64,000 bases of DNA, taken from positions 151,858-215,857 of the IMG/VR virus record IMGVR_UViG_3300028654_000384; one strand, 5' to 3'. The notes beneath the pieces were generated by a model, which did no database searches, was not told the DNA's origin, and saw nothing but the letters and a program-made list of their open reading frames with translations. The translations under genes and the position numbers were made by a program. How positions within the stretch are numbered: the first letter of the stretch is position 1; the number at the start of each line of letters is the position of its first letter. Below are positions 27,298 to 36,480 of the stretch, piece by piece.

Positions 27298-27819
27298 ATG
27301 AAAACTCTAGGTCTGTTCGCGCTGGTCGCTACGCTGGGTGGCTGTGTCACCGGCACGCTGTCCGACACCGTCCACGTCACCGAAGACATGCAGTTCGCGG
27401 TGCCCGTCATCGGCGGCTTTAGCCCACCCATCTGTGGGTCGGCCAACGCGCCCGTCTTCACCACGACGCAGGGCACCTCATTCGACATGAGCGACGTGGT
27501 GTCGCAGTTGCAGAAGCAGGGCACCCTCGCCGTCGACTTCACTGACAACGGCATCAGCGGCGACCTGTCGGCATTCAAGCACGCCCGCATCTTCATCAAC
27601 AACGATGGGTTGCCCCCGGCACTGTTGTCGGAGACCGACTTCGTGCCCGTCAACGGCCACGTCAACCTGCCCATCCTGCTCGATCACGCGGTGCTCGTTG
27701 CCGACGTGGCCCGGGGCAAGGTCAACGTCACCGTCGACTTGAGCACCTGCATTCCGACCAGCGCCGTCGACGTGCACTACACGATGAACGCTGACTTGGC
27801 ACTGACCGTCAGCAAGTAG
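27298..27819 (+). CDS. Lipoprotein, beta-sandwich-like
   Basis: Lipobox LGGC; AAGGAG SD. Confidence 0.7.
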   Translation: MKTLGLFALVATLGGCVTGTLSDTVHVTEDMQFAVPVIGGFSPPICGSANAPVFTTTQGTSFDMSDVVSQLQKQGTLAVDFTDNGISGDLSAFKHARIFINNDGLPPALLSETDFVPVNGHVNLPILLDHAVLVADVARGKVNVTVDLSTCIPTSAVDVHYTMNADLALTVSK

Positions 27820-27934
27820 GGGTACCATGTTCATCTTTCTGGCGATTGTACTAGTAGTCATCGTAGCGTGTTTCCTTCTTGATCGACAACCCGGCGAGAA
27901 CGTGAGACCACCATAAACGCCGGCGCGGTGTGCA

Positions 27935-27970
27935 GTGCAAGTCTCCACCGATCCGTGGTACTGTTAGATC
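27935..27970 (+). promoter_or_regulatory. Phage consensus promoter
   Basis: TGCAAG-17-TACTGT-TAGATC, 14-nt leader. Confidence 0.7.
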
Positions 27971-27984
27971 AACAGAGAATACCA

Positions 27985-28446
27985 ATGAACACCAAGATTG
28001 CCCTCACCCTTGCATCCCTCGCCCTCATCCACTGCGGGGGTTCGGCCTTCACCAGTGCAGCATCACAGTCGTCAGGCACCTACAAGGCCGGCAGGTTCAC
28101 GTACACCTGGGCCATCACGTCGCAGACGCCGCAACAGACCTGCGTCACCGTCACCAACCCAGCACAATCGCCATCGGAGCAACAGCAAACGACGTGTGTG
28201 GCCCACTGGTACGGCTTCGTGCCGGTGAAGGGTGGCACCGTCCCCGAGGCGGTCGATGAGAGCGGCGACTGTGCGGGACAGGCCTACGCCGATGGCGACC
28301 TCGGCGCGAATTGCCCACCAGGCACCCAGTACGTCTATGACTGCAACGATGGCACTCAACCCGAAGGGGTCGGGGCGTGGACGAAGTTGTGGCCCAGTGC
28401 AGTCTCCCACGATCCCAAAGCCGGCGTCTTCTGCATCGCGCCGTGA
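27985..28446 (+). CDS. Cys-containing lipoprotein
   Basis: LALIHC-GG lipobox-like; 6 further Cys. Confidence 0.7.
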   Translation: MNTKIALTLASLALIHCGGSAFTSAASQSSGTYKAGRFTYTWAITSQTPQQTCVTVTNPAQSPSEQQQTTCVAHWYGFVPVKGGTVPEAVDESGDCAGQAYADGDLGANCPPGTQYVYDCNDGTQPEGVGAWTKLWPSAVSHDPKAGVFCIAP

Positions 28447-28447
28447 A

Positions 28448-28483
28448 GTGTAAGTTAACACCCAACAGTGATAGGATCTGATC
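28448..28483 (+). promoter_or_regulatory. Phage consensus promoter, leaderless
   Basis: TGTAAG-17-TAGGAT-CTGATC-ATG. Confidence 0.75.
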
Positions 28484-29104
28484 ATGGCATACGACGAAGC
28501 ATTCTTCACCGCCTACCGCGCCTACCTGCAGGAGACCCTCGTCAGGAAGAACCACAGGCGAGCCTTCGATCACCTCATCGGCCTGATGACCGACGGGCCC
28601 ATCGATTACGCTCCTCGCGTCGTCGACCTGGGTTGTGGTACCGGTGAGTTCTACGAGCGGGGTTATCACCGCGACTACGTCGGCATCGATCTCAATCCAC
28701 GCATTGCCTGGCAGGGCGCCAAGGTGATCAAGGCCTCCAGCGTCGACGTCGATGCATGGAGCAAGCAGCTACCCTTCGAGCCCAACACCTTCGTCAGCGT
28801 GTTCTCGATCGAGCCAATGCGGGGCGCGTACTATCGCTACGAGCTGTACGATCGCCTGTTCAGGGAGTTGCCGTCGCTGCAGTTCGGCATGTCGGCAGGT
28901 TTCTACTATGACAATGAGCGTATGGGCGACCGCAAGGTCAGCGAGGCGGGTGGCATCGTCAGCTGGCAGACCAACCAACTGTTGGGCAAGGACGGTGATC
29001 GCAGCCTGTACAATGAAGAGTGGCTGACGATGCGGACGCCGTCGCAGATGTTCGGGCCCGACGTCGTCGAGGTCTGGAAGTTCTTCAGTCGAGTGCAGCC
29101 GTGA
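28484..29104 (+). CDS. Class I SAM-dependent methyltransferase
   Basis: Motif I VVDLGCGTGE; YVGIDLN. Confidence 0.8.
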   Translation: MAYDEAFFTAYRAYLQETLVRKNHRRAFDHLIGLMTDGPIDYAPRVVDLGCGTGEFYERGYHRDYVGIDLNPRIAWQGAKVIKASSVDVDAWSKQLPFEPNTFVSVFSIEPMRGAYYRYELYDRLFRELPSLQFGMSAGFYYDNERMGDRKVSEAGGIVSWQTNQLLGKDGDRSLYNEEWLTMRTPSQMFGPDVVEVWKFFSRVQP

Positions 29105-29535
29105 AGCAGTGGTACTTTCCGCTGGCCCGCGTCGAGCAGGATGACAACTACGGTTGTGCCATTGCGTCGGTGGCGACGGTCTGCGGCGTCACCTATGGTC
29201 GAGCGCGAGCCGAGTTCTTTCCCAAGCGGCGCGACTTCGACGACAACCGAACGCTGTGCGTGCGCGGTCACCACATGCTGCGCGTCATTCACAAGTTGGG
29301 CTTCAAGGCGCACTTCCACCATGGGACCTACGGGCACTTCAGGTGCCCGGTGCTGGTGCCCTTCGCGTGGTTCCCGCCCGATCCCAATTGGATCCACTGC
29401 GTCGTCTGGGATCCCTTCGGAGAAGAGTACATTGATCCCGGGCCCGATCACAACGACCCGGCGCCCAACAACAGGTACACCAAGCTGTGGCGCAAGAGCA
29501 ACTTTCGCGTCATCGTCGTCACCGGCAAGAGGTAG
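29101..29535 (+). CDS. Stand-alone C39-like (papain-fold) peptidase
   Basis: QDDNYGCAIAS nucleophile motif; HCVVWD His/Asp motif. Confidence 0.65.
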   Translation: MKQWYFPLARVEQDDNYGCAIASVATVCGVTYGRARAEFFPKRRDFDDNRTLCVRGHHMLRVIHKLGFKAHFHHGTYGHFRCPVLVPFAWFPPDPNWIHCVVWDPFGEEYIDPGPDHNDPAPNNRYTKLWRKSNFRVIVVTGKR

Positions 29536-29540
29536 GTCAC

Positions 29541-29822
29541 ATGGTCACCAAGAGCATCGCCAAGCGCCTCGACGCAATGCAGAAGCACAAGCAACCCAAG
29601 GTGCCCGTCTTCCCGCCGTCGGCACAGACGACCTATGACAAGGCGCTGTGCATCAGCACCGAAGGTGGGCCCATGGCGTGGGTTGCCTACGGCATCATGA
29701 GCCGCATGAGCGTGCTGTATGCAGCTAACACGGATGCCTTCGACAATGAGAAGATGATGGCTGCCATGTTGACCATGGTGAACACGCTGTCGGCGTACGT
29801 CGATGCCACAACCTCAACATGA
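29541..29822 (+). CDS. Hypothetical protein
   Basis: GAGG SD, GC3 bias. Confidence 0.6.
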   Translation: MVTKSIAKRLDAMQKHKQPKVPVFPPSAQTTYDKALCISTEGGPMAWVAYGIMSRMSVLYAANTDAFDNEKMMAAMLTMVNTLSAYVDATTST

Positions 29823-30144
29823 GCTGAAGGGCGGCGGGACACTACGTCCTGGCGACTTGATCGAGTGGGTCTATACCGTCGGCAGGGACCTCGTCTATGC
29901 TGACGACATGATGTGGTCACCAGAGATGCAGTCGTCGGTGGCGATCGGCGGCGTCCACCTGTTGGTCAGTCTCCGCGTCGGCCTTGGACTTGCATGGTGG
30001 GAGATGACGTGGTTGCCACTGGGCGACGGCCCGGATCGTATGGGATTGTGTAGCATCGCCATTGTTCATACGTCTCCTGCACGACCCAGGCGAATGACCG
30101 AAGGTGCTCGGGGCCATGGCCAGCCGCGCCGGCGCTACCTATGA
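29803..30144 (+). CDS. KPGDLIEW family protein (member C); start uncertain
   Basis: RPGDLIEWVY..MMWSPE..IGGVHLLVS..TWLPL. Confidence 0.7.
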   Translation: MPQPQHELKGGGTLRPGDLIEWVYTVGRDLVYADDMMWSPEMQSSVAIGGVHLLVSLRVGLGLAWWEMTWLPLGDGPDRMGLCSIAIVHTSPARPRRMTEGARGHGQPRRRYL

Positions 30145-30151
30145 TAGGGGA

Positions 30152-30215
30152 AACTACCTTCGTTCGAGTGCATCATCCTAGGGCGGCTCGTGGAATTGTA
30201 CCCGAGGTGTAATCC
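30152..30215 (+). repeat. Dispersed element AACTACCT-N16-TCCTAGGGCGG plus 9-5-9 palindrome copy 4 (30193..30215)
   Basis: Same arrangement at 47852..47924 and 57444..57517. Confidence 0.7.
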
Positions 30216-30223
30216 CGAGACAA

Positions 30224-30259
30224 GTGCAAGTTCACCCCTGACCATGGTAGGATTAGATC
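30224..30259 (+). promoter_or_regulatory. Phage consensus promoter, leaderless
   Basis: TGCAAG-17-TAGGAT-TAGATC-ATG. Confidence 0.8.
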
Positions 30260-30556
30260 ATGGCAAAGCAGACGGCAAAAGCAACGATCGTCAACGGCAT
30301 CCACGTCCTCCACACCGACGGCGGACGCAAGACCTACGGCATCACCGTCCGGGCGACGGGCACCGAAGCCGACGTCGAGAAAAAAGGCTTCAAGCGCGAG
30401 TGGGACCTCAATGCCCGCTACATTCTCGACACCACGTTCGAGCGTCTTGAGGGACTGTTGGGCCTGTCTCGCCTTGAACACGTTGCCCTCATCGTCGCCG
30501 CTCAATCGAAGATGAACGAAGAGGCGGCCGCCGAGGCACAGCGCTTCACCAAGTAA
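30260..30556 (+). CDS. Hypothetical protein, leaderless cassette
   Basis: ORF at promoter ATG. Confidence 0.7.
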   Translation: MAKQTAKATIVNGIHVLHTDGGRKTYGITVRATGTEADVEKKGFKREWDLNARYILDTTFERLEGLLGLSRLEHVALIVAAQSKMNEEAAAEAQRFTK

Positions 30557-30584
30557 ATCAGGTGCAGGTGATCACGGAGATCGA

Positions 30585-30794
30585 ATGAAACTCATCAAGT
30601 GTACACAGACAAACGACGGCCTCATCCACTTCGAGCCCGATGATGCCGAAGATCAAGCGTTGCTCGACGAGTGGGAAACGTTGAAAAAGTGCATGTTGAC
30701 CGGCGATAGGTTACGCGGCAACATGCATGAAGTGCATGTTTACGATCAGATGAATGCGCTGCGCGAGAAGATCATGAAGAGGTTGACGCCGTAA
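30585..30794 (+). CDS. Hypothetical protein
   Basis: GGAG SD. Confidence 0.6.
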   Translation: MKLIKCTQTNDGLIHFEPDDAEDQALLDEWETLKKCMLTGDRLRGNMHEVHVYDQMNALREKIMKRLTP

Positions 30795-30817
30795 TTTCAT
30801 GAAATTCTTGCTACTTA

Positions 30818-31762
30818 TTGGGCATGTTGCGTAGACTCGGCGAATTACGTGAATTCATCGCCCTCGAACTGATGTTCGAGGCGTTGAACGTCGGGGCCAT
30901 GGCAACCCGCGGTGCGAACGGAAAGGGCATCGTCACCGACTCAAGTCGCTCTGAGGACGGTCATGCATCGCACTTTGTCGCGGTGTCAACGAGCGTCAAA
31001 GCAGCGTACAAGATTGCACACGATGCAGAACTACCCAAGGTGCTCGGAGCCGTTGTTGGCATCGAGAAGTCGCCAGTCAAGGGCAAGCAGGTGTGGCAGT
31101 TGAAGACGCTCTATGCTGACAATCCTAGCACGATGATGGTGCTGTTGGCCACGGCGTTGTCACGCTGGGGCGTCATCGTCCCCGACACAAGCGTCAGTCC
31201 TGCCGTGTCCGCCGTCATCAAGCGCTACTACGAGATGTACAAGGGCGACCCAACACGCGTCAAACAGTGTTTTGACCGCGACATGAGCTTTGAGGAAACG
31301 CGTGACTACAAGGAGGCGCCATGGCGCTGGGCCGCATACTTGGGGCCTGTCCCGGGATTCAACCTTGATGCAGTCATCAAGGCGGGTGATGATGCAGTGG
31401 CATCTGCCACCGACCCTACCAACCCACCCGTCAAGGATGAGAAGCGTACCAGGGCTTGGATCCGCATCGTCGGCGAACAGGGCTTTGGAGCGGCCTTTGC
31501 CGATCCTGACAAGACGGGTCGCAAGGCCGTCGAGGCCTCTGACTTCAGCGCCATGCTACGCAATGCACGTCATGGATTTGACGATAGTGACAAGTTGCTG
31601 TTATCGCTGATGCGTGCGTTGGGAGCGGGCGAGAAGACGCGCGCTCGTAAGATTGCGCTTGACTGGTACGCCGACAACAAGACACACGTCAACGACCTGT
31701 TCAAAGATGATGTAACATGGACCGAACACGGTGTGAACTTGCTGACCGATCCCGACGCGTGA
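30818..31762 (+). CDS. Hypothetical protein with N-terminal LREFI..E motif
   Basis: 314 aa ORF; LGELREFIALELMFEA. Confidence 0.75.
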   Translation: MGMLRRLGELREFIALELMFEALNVGAMATRGANGKGIVTDSSRSEDGHASHFVAVSTSVKAAYKIAHDAELPKVLGAVVGIEKSPVKGKQVWQLKTLYADNPSTMMVLLATALSRWGVIVPDTSVSPAVSAVIKRYYEMYKGDPTRVKQCFDRDMSFEETRDYKEAPWRWAAYLGPVPGFNLDAVIKAGDDAVASATDPTNPPVKDEKRTRAWIRIVGEQGFGAAFADPDKTGRKAVEASDFSAMLRNARHGFDDSDKLLLSLMRALGAGEKTRARKIALDWYADNKTHVNDLFKDDVTWTEHGVNLLTDPDA

Positions 31763-31798
31763 GTGCAAGAACACCCACCACCGGTTTAGGATGGAACC
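31763..31798 (+). promoter_or_regulatory. Phage consensus promoter, leaderless
   Basis: TGCAAG-17-TAGGAT-GGAACC-ATG. Confidence 0.75.
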
Positions 31799-32749
31799 AT
31801 GGATCCCATCGAAGTCCTCGAACTGTGTGCACGTGCTAGCGACGAAGGCGCGCCCTCCGACGTCCTCGTCCCGCACGTCTTCACCTCGGGTGACTATGAG
31901 GCGATGTGGCGGCGTGACCCCGACAAGGTGCGTCAGATCCTCGATCGACTGATGTGCGGTGTTCACGCCGATGACGGCCTCGACCTGTTGATGAAGTCGG
32001 GTGCGCTGAACGCCTTGTTGCCAGAGTTGGTGGCGATCAAGGACTTGGGCGATGACCCCGCCTCCACGCTGCACAAGGACGTGTGGACGCACACACAGAA
32101 CGTGGTGATGGGCGTGCCTGCCGTGGTGGAACTGAGGTATTCTGCGCTCTTCCACGATGTCGGCAAGGCGCTGACCCGCAAGTTCGACGGTCGCAAGGTC
32201 ACCTTTCACAACCACGACGTCGTCGGCGCACGCCTCGTCCTCAACGTCGAGCTACGCCTCGGCCTGTTTGGTGACGACGGTGCACTGTTCTCGACTGTCC
32301 GCAGCTTGGTGTTGAACCACCTGCGGCCCGCGGGTTACAAGAAAACGTGGACCGACTCGGGGGTCAGGCGCCTGCTCGTCGACGTCGGCGGGCTCGAGGG
32401 CTTTGAGCGCCTGATGCAGTTGTCACGCGCCGACCTGACGACCAAGAACCCGACGAAACGCGCCAACTGTGTTCGCCGCGGCGATGAGCTCGAAGCACGG
32501 GTGCGGGCAGTGCTCGCGGCTGATGCGGCGCCGAAGCTACCCAAGGGCACGATGGGCCTCATCATCGAACGTCGGGTGCTGCCCGTGGGCCCCGCGTTGA
32601 ACCTCGTCCGCGACGGGCTCGAGCAGATGCTGCGGGTGGGCACCTTGCCCACGGGCCACGATGCACAGTGGTACGCGACCGAGGGCCTCAGGCTGTTGTT
32701 GGCACAGGGCCCGGTGGTGGGCATCCACGATAAATTGGTGAGCACCTAG
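31799..32749 (+). CDS. HD-domain protein resembling the C-terminal half of CCA-adding enzyme/poly(A) polymerase
   Basis: LLPEL..HKDVWTHT..ALFHDVGK..TFHNHDVVGA..LNHL..LSRAD; no N-terminal GGxVRD nucleotidyltransferase motif. Confidence 0.8.
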   Translation: MDPIEVLELCARASDEGAPSDVLVPHVFTSGDYEAMWRRDPDKVRQILDRLMCGVHADDGLDLLMKSGALNALLPELVAIKDLGDDPASTLHKDVWTHTQNVVMGVPAVVELRYSALFHDVGKALTRKFDGRKVTFHNHDVVGARLVLNVELRLGLFGDDGALFSTVRSLVLNHLRPAGYKKTWTDSGVRRLLVDVGGLEGFERLMQLSRADLTTKNPTKRANCVRRGDELEARVRAVLAADAAPKLPKGTMGLIIERRVLPVGPALNLVRDGLEQMLRVGTLPTGHDAQWYATEGLRLLLAQGPVVGIHDKLVST

Positions 32750-32759
32750 CGCAGAGACG

Positions 32760-32795
32760 GTGCAAGCCGCCGGTGACATGGCCTAAGATGGAGCC
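32760..32795 (+). promoter_or_regulatory. Phage promoter variant
   Basis: TGCAAG-17-TAAGAT. Confidence 0.65.
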
Positions 32796-32796
32796 C

Positions 32797-33018
32797 ATGG
32801 AAACCTTGAGCACCGAATTGGTGGGATTGCCCCGGAAATTGGCGTCGGTCCGGATGCGTTTGGTCGATGCTCGTGTTGGCCTCGACCTGTTCATCGCCGA
32901 GGCACAAAAAGCGCTGGCCACGCGCGAGCTGACGGTTGATCAACACGTGTCGCTGTCGGCGATCTTGGCATCGGTGGAACTCGAGGCCATGCGCTTTGAC
33001 GTCATCGGCGCACCGTAA
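32797..33018 (+). CDS. Hypothetical helical protein
   Basis: Downstream of promoter; start approximate. Confidence 0.6.
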   Translation: METLSTELVGLPRKLASVRMRLVDARVGLDLFIAEAQKALATRELTVDQHVSLSAILASVELEAMRFDVIGAP

Positions 33019-33069
33019 CTATAGTCGCTTTGTGTGGATGATTGGCGACGCGGCTAACTAGTTAAGATC

Positions 33070-33534
33070 ATGTTTTCTATGTCCGATCTCATTGGTGCCG
33101 GCTTCCTTGGCATCAGTGCTGGCGCAGGCTTTGCTGGCGCTGTTTTCAGGAAGATGTACGGTGGGCCGGCGCCGAGTGTGGACGGAGTGAGCTTCCCGCC
33201 TCGATCAAAACCCGCCACGCGGCTCTTTGCATCGGGCACAGTGCTGGTCACTGGTTCAGGCGAACTCATCATTGACGAGGTGTTGCCGGCGATCAAGACG
33301 ATCCTCGAAAACCCCGACATCTACATCGTCATTGAGTTTGACCCGAACGCACCTGCACCGCCTCCCTGCGCTGGTGGTTTGCCCGATGAGTGCGATTGGA
33401 CGCTGTGTTTTAAGCACGTCCATGACGACACTCACATCGATCCGAAACAACGCCACGAAGAACTCAAGTTGAAGATTGAGTGGCGAGTGGCGGCTGCGCG
33501 TTTCCTCACCTGGCGGATCTACTTCCCGGTCTAA
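33070..33534 (+). CDS. Hypothetical protein, paralog of 33539..33850, N-terminal TM
   Basis: Shared LVTGxGxxIIxE, PPC..PDE and LKIxWRVxxAR motifs. Confidence 0.7.
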   Translation: MFSMSDLIGAGFLGISAGAGFAGAVFRKMYGGPAPSVDGVSFPPRSKPATRLFASGTVLVTGSGELIIDEVLPAIKTILENPDIYIVIEFDPNAPAPPPCAGGLPDECDWTLCFKHVHDDTHIDPKQRHEELKLKIEWRVAAARFLTWRIYFPV

Positions 33535-33538
33535 GGCA

Positions 33539-33850
33539 ATGGACGATCGGCACTACCCCCACCCAAAGCAACGCGTGCTGGGCCACGGTAATTTGCTGGT
33601 CACCGGCCATGGCCATGTCATCATTGAAGAACGACTGCGACGTAGCCGTGCATTGCTGGTGAGATCGATTGAAGCCGTCTATGTTGCGTTTAGTGCCGAC
33701 GATCCCCCGTGCCCGCCCTGCAGCTCATCAGCGCCTGATGAGCTGTCGTGGGAGACGATCGAGCGTCACCGTGGCGAGCTGTACCTGAAGATCAATTGGC
33801 GCGTGTCATGTGCACGCACGATCAATTGGAAGGTGTTTGAGATAGAGTGA
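33539..33850 (+). CDS. Hypothetical protein, paralog of 33070..33534
   Basis: Same motifs, no TM. Confidence 0.7.
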   Translation: MDDRHYPHPKQRVLGHGNLLVTGHGHVIIEERLRRSRALLVRSIEAVYVAFSADDPPCPPCSSSAPDELSWETIERHRGELYLKINWRVSCARTINWKVFEIE

Positions 33851-33854
33851 GGTC

Positions 33855-34814
33855 ATGAGCCTCACCTTCCTTGTCTACGGCTGGTTCAACAAGCAAAACG
33901 TCGGCGATGAGCTGATGAAGCAGGCACTCCGCGTCATCTTTGAGCCCAAGAGCGTCGACCTGCGCTTCGTCGATCACATCAGTACCCAACAATTGGTGGG
34001 CGTCGATGCCGTCGTGTTCGGTGGTGGCAGCATCCTCTACGATGATCCCGTCATCGATGCCGGAGTGTTGGCGGCGTTGTTGGCACGTGAAGTGCCCACC
34101 TTCTACGTCGGCGTGGGCGGCGAGACGGCGGTGGGCCGGGTACACCAACAATTACTCGACGTCGCCGAGCTCACCTTCTTTCGGGAGCTCGATGTACCTG
34201 ACCTGGTCTATGCGTTGGAGCCCGACCTCAGCACGTTGGCCCACCCGCCCAAGGGCGTGCTCTTCGTGCCCAACGTTGAGGTGGTGCCCACCCATGCCGA
34301 GCCACACTGGGCCCACGTGGCGTGGGAGCACTTCAAGAACGAGGTGGCACAGTGCCTCGATCAGTTCATCGATCGCGGCGTGCCCGTCTCCTTCCTGCTG
34401 ATGTGCAACGGCGAACAGAAGCAGGACGCATGGCCTGCGGCCGAGCTGATGGGCAGGATGCTGCGACGAGCGCCTCGCCTGTGGACGTATGCAGCGACTG
34501 ACCTGTCGATCACTCGCTTGATGCGACACTTTGAGTGTGTTGTCACGCAGCGTTATCACGGCATCATCCTGTCAGAACTGGCGGGGGTGCCCTACGTCAG
34601 CATCGCCCACCACGACAAATTGAAGCTCGCGCAACCACACCGAGGCCAGCACTTGGCATACCACGCCATGAATAAAGACATGCTGACGGATGCACTGGAA
34701 TTGGCTCGCACCACGCCCATCGCGCCGCACCGTGTCCCGCGCAAGGTGTACGATGACATGGTCGATCAGATCATCAGCGTCGTCACCGGCGGAAGAAAGA
34801 GTGGGCACACATGA
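33855..34814 (+). CDS. Polysaccharide pyruvyl-transferase-family protein
   Basis: YGWFNKQNVGDEL, FGGGSIL, RYHGIILS signature motifs. Confidence 0.8.
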   Translation: MSLTFLVYGWFNKQNVGDELMKQALRVIFEPKSVDLRFVDHISTQQLVGVDAVVFGGGSILYDDPVIDAGVLAALLAREVPTFYVGVGGETAVGRVHQQLLDVAELTFFRELDVPDLVYALEPDLSTLAHPPKGVLFVPNVEVVPTHAEPHWAHVAWEHFKNEVAQCLDQFIDRGVPVSFLLMCNGEQKQDAWPAAELMGRMLRRAPRLWTYAATDLSITRLMRHFECVVTQRYHGIILSELAGVPYVSIAHHDKLKLAQPHRGQHLAYHAMNKDMLTDALELARTTPIAPHRVPRKVYDDMVDQIISVVTGGRKSGHT

Positions 34815-36109
34815 ACAGGTTCGTTGCATCACGAAGAGGCAGCATCTATGCAGTCTCCAGTGCCCCCATCGTGGCTCCCGATGCTGTCGACACCGAAGTC
34901 GTTGAAGTACCAGACGTCCACGCTGACGTCGACACCGCCATGTTGATCACACACTTTCGGGTGCGCGGCGGCAAGGTACAACCGCGACGGGGCTCACCCG
35001 GCACCGCCAGTGCGTTGAAGTTGGCGCTGGTCGGCAACTGGAAGATGCGGTGCGGCATTGCCACGTACAGCGAGAACCTGTGGCCCGAAATCGCCAAACA
35101 CGTCGGCGACTTCAAGCTGTTCATCGAGAAGAATGAGCAACCCACTGGGCCCACCAACGTCATCGGCGACGTCGCTGTCCCACCTGAGAAGGTGCTGGCG
35201 TGCTGGCGGAGGGGCGAGCCGCTGGCCGAGCTGGTGAAGGCGATCAAGGACTATGAACCTGACGTGGTGCTAATTCAACACGAATTTGGCCTGTGGCCCA
35301 ACGCAGGACACTGGCTGTCGCTGATGAGCCAGTTGAGCAACTACCGCGTCATTGTGACGATGCACAGTGTGTTTCGACACCGTGACAAGACGATCGTCGA
35401 GGCGGCGATCCCCGAGATCGTGGTGCACCTCGAGGGCGCCAAGCGAGTGTTGAAAGAGGAGAAGGGGGTGCCCGGTGAGGTCTATGTCATCCCACACGGG
35501 TGTGCTCCAGTCACTGACGTTGAGCGCCTGTGGAATTTCTATAAGTCAGATCGAACGCTAATGCAATTCGGATTTGGCTTTAGATACAAGGGGTTTGAGC
35601 TGGCGATCAAGGCGACCGACGTGCTGCGGCGCAGGTACCCCGACGTCTTCTTCACCGCGTTGTTCAGCGAGTCGCCTTACAACTTGATCGATCACCAGGT
35701 CTATTACGACGAATTGATGCACCTCGTCGATGACCTCGATCTCCATAACAACGTGGCAATCATCCGGGGTTACCAAAGCGACACTTCGCTTGACTCCTAC
35801 ATGCGGACGAATCAGGCGATCCTGTTTCCCTACATCAGTCACCCGGAACACGAAGTCTTCGGTGCCTCGGGCGCCGCGCGGCTGGCGATGTCGAAGATGG
35901 CACCCATCGTCACTACGAGTGTCAATCACTTCAGCGACTTGCCGACGTTGAAAGCAGACACCCCTGAACAGATCGCCGATGCTCTTGACGCGATGTTCTC
36001 CAATCCGATCGCTCGCAAAGTGCAGGTCGATCGGCAACTAGCTTACTTGAACGACAACACTTGGGCTCGGGTTGGCGTCCGCTATGTAGAACTGTTCACG
36101 AAGGTGTAG
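34811..36109 (+). CDS. GT-B (GT4-like) glycosyltransferase
   Basis: CGIATYSENL, PDVVLIQHEFGLW, VTMHSV, VIPHG, FGFGFRYKGFE, FGASGAARLAM. Confidence 0.85.
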   Translation: MNRFVASRRGSIYAVSSAPIVAPDAVDTEVVEVPDVHADVDTAMLITHFRVRGGKVQPRRGSPGTASALKLALVGNWKMRCGIATYSENLWPEIAKHVGDFKLFIEKNEQPTGPTNVIGDVAVPPEKVLACWRRGEPLAELVKAIKDYEPDVVLIQHEFGLWPNAGHWLSLMSQLSNYRVIVTMHSVFRHRDKTIVEAAIPEIVVHLEGAKRVLKEEKGVPGEVYVIPHGCAPVTDVERLWNFYKSDRTLMQFGFGFRYKGFELAIKATDVLRRRYPDVFFTALFSESPYNLIDHQVYYDELMHLVDDLDLHNNVAIIRGYQSDTSLDSYMRTNQAILFPYISHPEHEVFGASGAARLAMSKMAPIVTTSVNHFSDLPTLKADTPEQIADALDAMFSNPIARKVQVDRQLAYLNDNTWARVGVRYVELFTKV

Positions 36110-36117
36110 TGTTATTC

Positions 36118-36480
36118 ATGGTCAAGCACGTAAATGAAAGGGCGACGCCTAAGACTGTGTTGTCGCGCGATAGTGACACGTATAGGCGGATCTATGACCT
36201 GCTTGAGGAACACACGTACAGCTTCATCACTGACGAGTGGAGCAAGAATCCGACTACTAATTCAGTTCGCATCGAACAACTTGAACCATTGTCACGCGAT
36301 GATGTGTTGGCACAAGCCATCAAGGACGGTGTGGCGCAAACAAAGGCAATCGACGCAGTCAAGCGTTATGAGCAACACGTATTGTTACACATCAATGATC
36401 AACGCGTCGTGGTGACCAAAAACGTGGCAAGTACAACCATGAAAGTGTTAGCTGATCATGTCGACGTAGAGGACACGTGA
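36118..36480 (+). CDS. Hypothetical protein
   Basis: Coupled to next ORF (GTGA). Confidence 0.6.
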   Translation: MVKHVNERATPKTVLSRDSDTYRRIYDLLEEHTYSFITDEWSKNPTTNSVRIEQLEPLSRDDVLAQAIKDGVAQTKAIDAVKRYEQHVLLHINDQRVVVTKNVASTTMKVLADHVDVEDT

